Program-made: the position numbers and the translations under genes
Part shown: positions 10,105 to 17,974 of the stretch, one piece after another
How positions within the stretch are numbered: position 1 is the first letter of the stretch
Layout of the letters: each line of letters opens with the position of its first letter
Origin: a virus
Lineage: Duplodnaviria; Caudoviricetes
Direction: 5' to 3' (one strand)
Virus record (IMG/VR): IMGVR_UViG_3300011335_000201
Location: 1 to 26,065 of that record
Length of the DNA stretch: 26,065 nucleotides
Notes under the pieces: generated by a model
The model's database searches: none
What the model was told of the DNA's origin: nothing
The model's input: the letters and a program-made list of their open reading frames with translations, nothing else

Positions 10105-10612
10105 TGGCTTGCTGTCCTATTTTTTGTGCGATGAACATAACATAAGGAATGGATATAGCTGCATTCAGTTTTCTAATGAGTTTTGCTTTCTGCTTGATGT
10201 GTGCATCTGTGTAGTGTTCAGTTGGTGTAAGGTCCTCCCGTTTGAACATGACTGCTAACATTTCAGAGATATATCCTTTCTCTTTTTTCAGTGTTATTTT
10301 TTCAATCAATTTTGTATCCCGTACAGTTAACTTCATTTGTGCCTTGTACACATAGCCATCAATCTCAAGCTCTTCTACTGTTGGGTACTCTTTGCGTTCT
10401 GCAGAGTTAAATTCTTTGACCATCCCCACAAAATCAGCCACATCATAGTCCCAAAACTCAGACTCAGGTATTCCAAGGTAGGCAAAGACTTGTAGGTGCT
10501 TATCAATGGGGTCAAGTTCCTGATTGTTATTGATATCAGTAATGGCTTCAAACTGCTCAATGGTGAGCTCTTCTAGTTGGTTGGGGATTTCCCTGTTTAA
10601 GATAGTTATCAT
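10064..10612 (-). CDS. Putative tail assembly chaperone, short form
   Basis: 182 aa. IPNQLEELTIEQF aligns by eye with the N-terminus of the neighbouring gene. A-rich start context. Confidence 0.5.
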   Translation of the reverse strand: MITILNREIPNQLEELTIEQFEAITDINNNQELDPIDKHLQVFAYLGIPESEFWDYDVADFVGMVKEFNSAERKEYPTVEELEIDGYVYKAQMKLTVRDTKLIEKITLKKEKGYISEMLAVMFKREDLTPTEHYTDAHIKQKAKLIRKLNAAISIPYVMFIAQKIGQQANDQATAELEPSNA

Positions 10613-10625
10613 GTTTTAATTTTTG

Positions 10626-10654
10626 AACAAATATAGGATTTTTTTAATATAGGT
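10626..10654 (+). promoter_or_regulatory. Putative phage late promoter 3
   Basis: AACA 10626-10629, 15-nt spacer, TAATATAGGT 10645-10654, then AG and ATG at 10657. Confidence 0.7.
10628..10635 (-). promoter_or_regulatory. Bacteroidota sigma70 -7 element (TATATTTG) for the inverted gene pair
   Basis: Minus-strand TAnnTTTG ends 15 nt upstream of the ATG at 10612. No well-spaced -33 TTTG. Confidence 0.55.
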
Positions 10655-10656
10655 AG

Positions 10657-11625
10657 ATGGCAAAAAAGAATATCCCTACCTATCAAATCACTATTGACCC
10701 TGCCTATGCAGAAAATGGTGAGGACCTTGGCATTGAGCAGATAGCATTCACAGCTACACCTGCAATCAAAGTTAAGGGGATGGCATTCAGTTCTCAAGCT
10801 AAGCCTTTATTCTTTTCGGATGAGTTAAAATACCGTATCACTGCACCTGCTTTGATACCTATGGAGATATACCGCTTTGATGAAGATAGCAAAGAGGAGT
10901 ACAATGTCAAGTTTACTAAGGAAGAGATTGAGCTAATCCATGGCAAATTCATGAAGCAGATGGTTAATCGTGATCTATTCAACCTAGAGCATGACCAATC
11001 TAAGACTGTACCTGCCTATGTCCTTGAGGCTTGGATAGTGGACACACCACTTGAGGACAAAGCCTATTCATCATTTGGTATTGAAGTGCCTGAGGGTACT
11101 CTTATGGTTACTGCCCAGGTAACAGATAAGGAATACTATGCAGAACTAGTTAGCCAAGAGCAGATTGGTTTCAGCATAGAGGGATACCTTGGGATGAAGC
11201 TAAAAGAGCAAACAAAAACAAATATACAAATGAACAAATTACCTGATGGAGAGCATCTAATCGAGGGTAAAATCTATGTCGTAGTTGACGGAGAGATTAC
11301 TGAGATACGTGATGCTGAAGTAGTGGAGGCCTCTGAAGAGGTAGCCCTAGAAGATACTGTCGTTGAAGAGACAGTAACAGCAGAAATTCCTGCAGAGGAA
11401 GAAACCATGGCAGTTGACCCTGTAGTTGATGCAGAGGCAATCCTTGCTATTGTTAAGCCTGTGCTTGATGAGCAAATGAATGCTTTACTTGCTATGATAG
11501 CTGACCTTAAAAACCAATTGGAAGAGGCACTATCTATGGAAGTAGAGGATGAGGTGGTGAGTGAGGCTGTGGCCATGAGTGCACAGCAACGTTTTTCTAT
11601 TGTAAACAAATTTATAAACAAATAA
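10657..11625 (+). CDS. Prohead serine protease (XkdF-like) fused to acidic scaffold domain
   Basis: FNLEHD (His) and GFSIEG (Ser) motifs, Glu-rich C-terminus, directly upstream of the capsid gene. Confidence 0.8.
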   Translation: MAKKNIPTYQITIDPAYAENGEDLGIEQIAFTATPAIKVKGMAFSSQAKPLFFSDELKYRITAPALIPMEIYRFDEDSKEEYNVKFTKEEIELIHGKFMKQMVNRDLFNLEHDQSKTVPAYVLEAWIVDTPLEDKAYSSFGIEVPEGTLMVTAQVTDKEYYAELVSQEQIGFSIEGYLGMKLKEQTKTNIQMNKLPDGEHLIEGKIYVVVDGEITEIRDAEVVEASEEVALEDTVVEETVTAEIPAEEETMAVDPVVDAEAILAIVKPVLDEQMNALLAMIADLKNQLEEALSMEVEDEVVSEAVAMSAQQRFSIVNKFINK

Positions 11626-11629
11626 AACC

Positions 11630-12562
11630 ATGCGTAAATTAAAATTCGACTTACAAGTTGACCCAACTGCTTTATTAGCAGCTAACCCAGAGGCATTCTA
11701 TTCTCAAGCTTACTTGAGCGAAGACACTGCTGACAATTACCGTTCTTTACCAGGTGTAAAGTACAAAACTAAATTAGCAACTGTTACTTTTGGTAACATC
11801 TTACAACCATCTACCTGTGCATTTACTGCACCTAGTGATGATTTGAATGCTAAAGAAATTGACGTTTGTGCTCTTTCTGCAATGGCTCAGATTTGTCAGT
11901 TTGACCTTGAGCAATCTTTCTTATCTCTTCAAATGAGCCAAGGATCTAACGGAGATTTCTCTGTTGCATCTTTCATGTCTTTCTATTGGGGTGAGATGGC
12001 TAACAAAATCAATGGTAACATCGAGTCACTTCGTTGGCAAGGTGACACAACTTCAGTAGACCCTTTACTTTCATTGTGTGATGGTTACGAAGTTAAATTG
12101 ACTGCAGGTTTAACTGACCCTAACGATACAGTTATCAATGGTGGTACAGGTACAATTGCTAACTTTAATACATTACGTACTAAGTTAGAGGCTGCTTTTG
12201 CTTTACTTCCTGCAACTATTGCAACACGTACAGCTGATTTAAGATTGTACATGCCTACTCAATTGGTTAACATCTACCGTTTAGGAGTAGCTGCAGGTAA
12301 CACTCAAGCGTTCATCACTCAAGATTTGAACTTAACTTTCTTAGGTGTTAAGATTGTAGTTTGTCCAGGTATGTCTAACAACACTTTTGTTTGGACATTG
12401 AAAGACAACTTAATCTATGCATTCGATGCTGAGGGAGATAGCTCTGACCTACGTGCAGTGAACTTAGCTGATACTGTAGCTGAGCCTTACATCCGTACTC
12501 GTGCTAACATGAAAGTTGGTTTCGAATATGTGAACGGTAAAGATATCGTTTATTACTCTTAA
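11630..12562 (+). CDS. Major capsid protein
   Basis: 310 aa after the protease. Strongly biased codons (GCT, ACT, TTA, CGT). FLGVKIVVCPGM resembles the HK97-fold P-domain. Confidence 0.85.
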   Translation: MRKLKFDLQVDPTALLAANPEAFYSQAYLSEDTADNYRSLPGVKYKTKLATVTFGNILQPSTCAFTAPSDDLNAKEIDVCALSAMAQICQFDLEQSFLSLQMSQGSNGDFSVASFMSFYWGEMANKINGNIESLRWQGDTTSVDPLLSLCDGYEVKLTAGLTDPNDTVINGGTGTIANFNTLRTKLEAAFALLPATIATRTADLRLYMPTQLVNIYRLGVAAGNTQAFITQDLNLTFLGVKIVVCPGMSNNTFVWTLKDNLIYAFDAEGDSSDLRAVNLADTVAEPYIRTRANMKVGFEYVNGKDIVYYS

Positions 12563-12573
12563 TAAATAACCAT

Positions 12574-12598
12574 GAGCCCTCTACCAAGGGGGCTCTTT
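12574..12598 (+). terminator. Hairpin after the capsid gene (probably leaky terminator)
   Basis: GAGCCCTCT-ACCA-AGGGGGCTC followed by only TTT. Confidence 0.6.
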
Positions 12599-12611
12599 AA
12601 TACTTATAACC

Positions 12612-13160
12612 ATGGCTTGTATAGCATTAGAAGATATAGTAAAATCATGCGATAACAATAGTGGAGGTATTTATGGAATTTGGATTAACCAACAAGATGA
12701 GATACTTTCAATAACTCCTACAGACCCGTCAACTGTGACAGGTGCTAACCAGTGGGCTATTACAGGTATCACTCTTCAGGCTGTTCCTGTTACTTTCAAA
12801 AACTTCTACATTCGCAGAAACACATCAAACTACACAGAGGAATCAACCATTGACTTAGTGAATGGTAGCTCTTTTGTAACTCAAACAATCAACCTAGTAT
12901 TTCATAGACGTGAGGCTGATAAGTCTCGTGCTATCAAAATCCTAGGCTCAGGACAGCAATACCTTACAGCCATCATCCTTGATGCGAATGGTAAGTATTG
13001 GTACTTCCCTTACTTGCAGGTATCTGCTACAGGTGAGGGCTCCGGAGTATCCCGTGCAGATGGTAGTAAATATTCCGTTACTCTAGTTGCGGAGAATGAG
13101 TACCTTGCATACGAGGTACAAATGAACGCTGCTGCACTTGCTGCAATCGGTGTATCTTAA
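12612..13160 (+). CDS. Major tail tube protein
   Basis: 182 aa. CDNNSGGI, FVTQTINLVF and ILDANGKYW...TGEGSGVSRADGSKYSVTL resemble Bacteroidota siphovirus tube proteins. Confidence 0.7.
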   Translation: MACIALEDIVKSCDNNSGGIYGIWINQQDEILSITPTDPSTVTGANQWAITGITLQAVPVTFKNFYIRRNTSNYTEESTIDLVNGSSFVTQTINLVFHRREADKSRAIKILGSGQQYLTAIILDANGKYWYFPYLQVSATGEGSGVSRADGSKYSVTLVAENEYLAYEVQMNAAALAAIGVS

Positions 13161-13180
13161 AATCCTGCCTCTCTATATTG

Positions 13181-13209
13181 AAGCCCTGCCACATGGTGGG
13201 GCTTTTTTT
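13181..13209 (+). terminator. Rho-independent terminator
   Basis: AAGCCCTGCCA-CA-TGGTGGGGCTT followed by a T-run. Confidence 0.85.
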
Positions 13210-13212
13210 ATG

Positions 13213-13242
13213 AACATTGGACAAACCTAAATTAATATAGGT
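13213..13242 (+). promoter_or_regulatory. Putative phage late promoter 4
   Basis: AACA 13213-13216, 16-nt spacer, TAATATAGGT 13233-13242, GTG at 13243. Lies immediately after a terminator. Confidence 0.75.
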
Positions 13243-13593
13243 GTGATATACTTAGATCAAGGTGTTATTAATCAGTTTGTATTGACTCTATCGGAGGTCA
13301 CTACGGTTAGTACACCGCACTACTTATTTGTGTTCACCAATGAAATGAATACCACAAGCACACCACAGCTCTTCACATCCGCTGATACGAGTGCTTACCC
13401 TGAAAGATATAACCTGTTTACTCTTGATGAGCCAACGGATATTACACTATTAAAGGGTCAGTACACTTACCAGGTATATGAAAGCTCTACTCCATTCGTT
13501 TTACCTTTGACAATCAATCAAACTACAGGAGTAGTTATTGAAGAGGGTAGGCTTGTAGTGAGTGGTCCTGCAGGTACATCAATATATGACTAA
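13243..13593 (+). CDS. Hypothetical virion protein (116 aa, beta-rich)
   Basis: GTG start directly after the late motif, upstream of portal. Confidence 0.6.
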   Translation: MIYLDQGVINQFVLTLSEVTTVSTPHYLFVFTNEMNTTSTPQLFTSADTSAYPERYNLFTLDEPTDITLLKGQYTYQVYESSTPFVLPLTINQTTGVVIEEGRLVVSGPAGTSIYD

Positions 13594-13595
13594 CT

Positions 13596-14891
13596 ATGGC
13601 TTGGTACGAAAGACTATTTAACAGCAAACCAAAAGGCCCCGAAATGGTGGAGGGCTATCAATCATTTAGCACCCCATTCCTACCGGTGGGAAGAGGTAAC
13701 TTGACACTGCCATACATCAATGGCAGATATGTGCAGGAGTCATGGGTGCGTTTTGGTGAGGGCAATCTTTATCCTGAGATGCTTAATCAAATGTACTACA
13801 GCTCGCCCCTACATGGTGCAATTGTGGACTTTAAGACCAACGCTGTGATTGGTGGAGGGTTTAACCTTACCACTGACAAGCTCACACCACAGGAAAAACT
13901 TGAGATGTTTAGCTTTGAGAAAAAAGCTAACTTAAAGCACACCGTTAAGGCTGTGACTAAGCAGTTAATCATTCACAATAGAGTATATTTTAAGCTATTT
14001 TTTGGTGAGAAACGCAAGCTAATCAAGATTGAGAATGTAAGCCCTGAGAAAGTAAGGGTATCACCATGTAAAAGACTATACTATTTATCAGATGATTGGA
14101 GTACCAGGATAGATACTGAGGTTATTAAGCCTTACCACATCACCTGTACAGATGAAATTCAGCTATATTGCTACGAAGTTAAGTCAGTAGGACAGGACTA
14201 CTATCCACTACCTACCTATACAAGTGCGTTAAACTTTGCTTTTTTGAGTGGTGAGTTATCTTACTTCGCTAAAAGCAACATACAAAACAGTGTGTTCCCA
14301 TCATTTGCTATGATGTTCCCGAAAAGACCACAATCGGAAGAGGAAAAACACATGATCAAGGAAACTATTGACAGGTTGAAAGGTGCAGCCAATGCAGGTA
14401 AAGCTGTGGCATTCTTTGCTAACAGTGCGGACCAACTACCTAAGATTGAAAGCCTACCTACTAATGCCAATGATAAGCTATTTCATGAGGCATCTGCACT
14501 GAACACTGAGCAGATTTGTTTCTCACATACCATTGACCCTATCTTGATGGGTATTCGTACCACAGGGAGCTTGGGTAATGGCAGTGATATCAAGCAGGCC
14601 TATGTGATATTTGAAAAGAATGTAGTGATGGAGTTACGTCAACAGGTGGTGACTATCTTCCAAGAGATATTGACCATTGCACGCATCCCTGCTGAGTTCA
14701 CTATCAATAACTTTCAAATCATTGGAGATGCTATTGTTGAGGTAGATGAGGAAACTGCAAAAGTTAAGGATTCATTGAATAACTTAAGCGATGCACTGCT
14801 AGGTAAAGTACTTGAAAAAATGACTACCAATGAGATACGAGCTCTAGCCTCTTTACCTCCAATTGATGAACCTACTAACCCTGCTCAGTAA
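13596..14891 (+). CDS. Portal protein
   Basis: 431 aa with SPLHGAIVDFK, YYPLPTY, LKGAANAGK, HTIDPILMGI and MTTNEIRALASLPPI, typical of HK97-like portals. Confidence 0.85.
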   Translation: MAWYERLFNSKPKGPEMVEGYQSFSTPFLPVGRGNLTLPYINGRYVQESWVRFGEGNLYPEMLNQMYYSSPLHGAIVDFKTNAVIGGGFNLTTDKLTPQEKLEMFSFEKKANLKHTVKAVTKQLIIHNRVYFKLFFGEKRKLIKIENVSPEKVRVSPCKRLYYLSDDWSTRIDTEVIKPYHITCTDEIQLYCYEVKSVGQDYYPLPTYTSALNFAFLSGELSYFAKSNIQNSVFPSFAMMFPKRPQSEEEKHMIKETIDRLKGAANAGKAVAFFANSADQLPKIESLPTNANDKLFHEASALNTEQICFSHTIDPILMGIRTTGSLGNGSDIKQAYVIFEKNVVMELRQQVVTIFQEILTIARIPAEFTINNFQIIGDAIVEVDEETAKVKDSLNNLSDALLGKVLEKMTTNEIRALASLPPIDEPTNPAQ

Positions 14892-15457
14892 TGTTATATT
14901 TTATCACTGAAAACTACCTAAAAACAAACACACCCATCACAGCCAATGTGGATGTGACGGATGTAACCCCATACATAGCAACACAAGCGGCATTAAGGAT
15001 ACAGCCTATCCTAGGCACTACGTTCTACAACTATCTACTGAATGCATACAATACGCAGACCTTAACACAGGATGAGGTTGATCTTGTTGAGTTCATTCAA
15101 CCGGTCATTGCATGGAGGTCTGCAGAAGATGCTGTATTTGGGTTGACATATCAGTTAAAAAACAAAGGTCTTCAGACTCAGAATGGTGACTACTCTGCTA
15201 GCGTATCCCGTAGTGAGGTAGCATTTGGCATGGAACACTATGCACAGAAAGCTAGTTTCTTTGAACAACGTCTTATTAGATGGCTCCTAGCTAACCGTAA
15301 CCTGTTCCCTATATTTATCGGTAGCACCAACATGGACACGGACCTTAGACCAATGTTCAATCACTGCTCTTGCATCAATCAATATCAAACTACCTGCACA
15401 GGTATGTGTGGTAACTTCCTTGAAAACGGATACAATAACAGCATCTTGATATTGTAA
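14891..15457 (+). CDS. Putative head-tail adaptor
   Basis: 188 aa, helical, coupled to portal. IQPILGTTFY motif and Cys-rich C-terminal tail. Confidence 0.55.
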   Translation: MLYFITENYLKTNTPITANVDVTDVTPYIATQAALRIQPILGTTFYNYLLNAYNTQTLTQDEVDLVEFIQPVIAWRSAEDAVFGLTYQLKNKGLQTQNGDYSASVSRSEVAFGMEHYAQKASFFEQRLIRWLLANRNLFPIFIGSTNMDTDLRPMFNHCSCINQYQTTCTGMCGNFLENGYNNSILIL

Positions 15458-15948
15458 TGAACTCACAGCTCACCATACTACTTGCTACAATGAAAGCCAA
15501 TTGGTTTAAGTTGTTAGCTGTTGTCAGTACATTCTTAATGCCAATATCAGGACTGTTGTTCCTTGTTGGGTTTGTGATTGTACTTGATACCATTACAGGA
15601 GTATGGAAGAGCATCAAACACAAGGTGCCAATCACAAGCAGAGGGTTGAGTGCTATCATTAGTAAGATGTTGCTGTATGAAGTAACCGTGATTATGTTCT
15701 ACATGATAGACCAATTCATACTAAATAAAATTATTCTACAGTTTTTCTCAGTTGAGCTCATGCTTACCAAAGTGCTATCTCTTATCCTGGTATCAATCGA
15801 GGTCATGAGCATAAACGAAAACTACAAAGCAGTCAAAGGATTGGACTTGTGGCAGGCAATGAAGAACCTATTTGCTAGAGCCAAGGATATTAAAAAAGAA
15901 GTTGATGAAATTAGACACAACGAAGATATTACAGGAACGCCTATCTAA
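15457..15948 (+). CDS. Holin (holin_4/TcdE-like)
   Basis: Several transmembrane segments, LDTITGVWKS...ITSRGL...IEVMSINEN. Upstream of the endolysin. Confidence 0.8.
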   Translation: MNSQLTILLATMKANWFKLLAVVSTFLMPISGLLFLVGFVIVLDTITGVWKSIKHKVPITSRGLSAIISKMLLYEVTVIMFYMIDQFILNKIILQFFSVELMLTKVLSLILVSIEVMSINENYKAVKGLDLWQAMKNLFARAKDIKKEVDEIRHNEDITGTPI

Positions 15949-16552
15949 TGCTCAGTACTTCCATGAAGAGTCTGATAAAAAACAAATCTATTTACACCAC
16001 ACTGCAGGCAATGGGAACCCTGTAGATGTATCACGTTGGTGGAATAGTAACGGAGATAGGATAGCTACCGCATTTGTAGTGGGTGAGAAAGGATCTATTG
16101 TTCAATGCTTTTCATCTAGGCACTGGGCCTACCATCTAGGCATAGATAGTCAAGACTTTTCAGCTCATGGCCTCAAGTATCAAAACCTAAACAAGCTATC
16201 GGTAGGTATTGAGATATGCAATTGGGGTCCATTAAAGCTCAAGGATGGCAAGTACTACAATTATGTCAAGGGAGTGGTGGACCCGTCAATGGTAACTACA
16301 TTAGATACACCATACAAGGGTAACAAGTATTGGTACAAATATACGGATGAGCAGATTGAAAGCACTCGTCAATTGGTGGAATATTTATGTGATACCTATG
16401 ACATTCCTAAGACTTACCGAGCTGAGATATTTGCAATTGATAAAGAGGCATTCAAAGGTACTGCAGGGATCTACACACACAATTCAGTACGTAAAGACAA
16501 GGCGGATATTTACCCATGCCCTAGAATGATTAAGATGTTACAAAGCCTATAG
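15905..16552 (+). CDS. Endolysin, N-acetylmuramoyl-L-alanine amidase (Amidase_2)
   Basis: IYLHHTAG, WAYHLG, SVGIEICN and THNSVRKDKADIYP. ATG at 15905 preferred to TTG at 15872. Confidence 0.9.
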   Translation: MKLDTTKILQERLSNAQYFHEESDKKQIYLHHTAGNGNPVDVSRWWNSNGDRIATAFVVGEKGSIVQCFSSRHWAYHLGIDSQDFSAHGLKYQNLNKLSVGIEICNWGPLKLKDGKYYNYVKGVVDPSMVTTLDTPYKGNKYWYKYTDEQIESTRQLVEYLCDTYDIPKTYRAEIFAIDKEAFKGTAGIYTHNSVRKDKADIYPCPRMIKMLQSL

Positions 16553-16555
16553 CAC

Positions 16556-17020
16556 ATGAGACTTTCAATAATTATTTTGTCGCTAATTTCTACTATATTT
16601 GCGACATCCTGTTCAGCTCCTAAGCGAGCACAATGGCACTATAAGAAAGCATTAAAGAATGGATTGCAAGTAGTCCAGGATAGTGACACCATCCGCATAG
16701 CTACCATTGACAGCATCCCTGTTATTAAGAATGATACCATTGTATGGGAGAAGTATATCGCATATCGAGATACGGTAATAAAATACAACAACATATATGT
16801 GCCAAAGACTAGATGGCAAACTCGCATTGAGTATAAGGAACGGGTCAAAACCTTAAAGATTAAAGGTGAGACACAATGGAAAACAGCTAAGGCTAAACAG
16901 GTAGTCAAGTACAAAATACTATGGTGGCCTGTTATTGTTTCGTTTATTCTAGGTATATTGCTCCGTTTTTTAATTCAAAAGGGGCTACTTGACAGGATTG
17001 CCCTGCTGTTTAAGCTATGA
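16556..17020 (+). CDS. Lipoprotein, candidate unimolecular spanin
   Basis: Signal peptide ending FATS-C19 and a C-terminal TM helix WWPVIVSFILGILL. Follows the endolysin. Confidence 0.6.
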   Translation: MRLSIIILSLISTIFATSCSAPKRAQWHYKKALKNGLQVVQDSDTIRIATIDSIPVIKNDTIVWEKYIAYRDTVIKYNNIYVPKTRWQTRIEYKERVKTLKIKGETQWKTAKAKQVVKYKILWWPVIVSFILGILLRFLIQKGLLDRIALLFKL

Positions 17021-17793
17021 GAAAACGACTATTTTATGACATTGAGACCTCTTTCAATGTCGGGGTGTTCTGGAGAACAGGATACAACCTAACCATTAAC
17101 CCGGGTGATATCATTCATGAACGGGCCATTATTTGTATATGCTATAAATGGGAGGGTGAAGATGAAATTCACAGCCTAACATGGAGCAAAAATCAGAGTG
17201 ATAAGAAAATGATTGAGCAGTTTGTCAAGGTACTCAATGAAGCGGATGAGATTGTGGCTCACAATGGTGATAGGTTTGACCTCAAATGGATACGTACAAG
17301 AGCTTTATTTCATGGTATCAATGTTATGCCATCCCCAAAGACCTTAGACACGCTTAAATGGGCTAAAAGGTACTTCAATTTTAACTCAAATAAACTAGAC
17401 TACATTGCTAAACTACTCAAGGTAGGTGCCAAGATGGAAACAGGAGGGCTAGATTTATGGAAGGATATCGTATTTAGAAAGGACCAACAGGCACTTGACA
17501 AGATGGTGGAGTATTGCAAGATGGATGTTCAGGTATTAGAGTCAGTATTTGAGAAACTCAACAGCTATGCATTAGTAAATCACAACTATGCTGTGCAACA
17601 TGGCGGTGATAAATACGAATGTGCTGAATGTGGAGGTACTAATCACCGGTACAATAAGAAAGTAGTCACAGCTGCAGGAACAGTGCACCATTGGCTCCAG
17701 TGCAGAGATTGTAAAAAGCACAATAAAGTAAACCACCTGGTATTCACTAAATATCAGGAGTATCTTTACACCCGTAAGAAAAACATTTCTTAA
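17017..17793 (+). CDS. DEDDy 3'-5' exonuclease (RNase_H_2/DnaQ-like) with C-terminal Zn ribbon
   Basis: ExoI YDIETS, ExoII HNGDRFD, ExoIII YCKMD, and CAEC...CRDC. Confidence 0.85.
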   Translation: MRKRLFYDIETSFNVGVFWRTGYNLTINPGDIIHERAIICICYKWEGEDEIHSLTWSKNQSDKKMIEQFVKVLNEADEIVAHNGDRFDLKWIRTRALFHGINVMPSPKTLDTLKWAKRYFNFNSNKLDYIAKLLKVGAKMETGGLDLWKDIVFRKDQQALDKMVEYCKMDVQVLESVFEKLNSYALVNHNYAVQHGGDKYECAECGGTNHRYNKKVVTAAGTVHHWLQCRDCKKHNKVNHLVFTKYQEYLYTRKKNIS

Positions 17794-17795
17794 GA

Positions 17796-17974
17796 TTATC
17801 CCCTTATAGCACCCATAAGTGCAGTAGTTTATCCCTTTTATTACCCATTATAATGTGATTGTCACGTTTTTTAATTAAAAAACTGGACATTTCACCACAA
17901 TTCTACACTTATAATGTGAGTTCTTTATCTTAATTTTGTGGAAAATTAAATTTTTTTGTGCAAAATGTTTTGCA
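17796..17974. repeat. Cluster of palindromes and short direct repeats in the late/early intergenic region
   Basis: Perfect 18-bp palindrome 17866-17883, TTATAATGTGA twice, TTATCCC twice, GCACCCATAAGTGC, TGCAAAATGTTTTGCA. Confidence 0.7.

Noticed and set aside
10100-10130. Possible programmed frameshift at an A6 run joining the two minus-strand paralogues
   Set aside because: It is not an in-frame X XXY YYZ heptamer. The -1 frame reaches TGA and the +1 frame reaches TAG before the second ORF.
17796-17935. Mini-CRISPR array or tRNA in the intergenic region
   Set aside because: Repeats are only 7-11 nt with irregular spacing, and there is no cloverleaf or T-loop motif.
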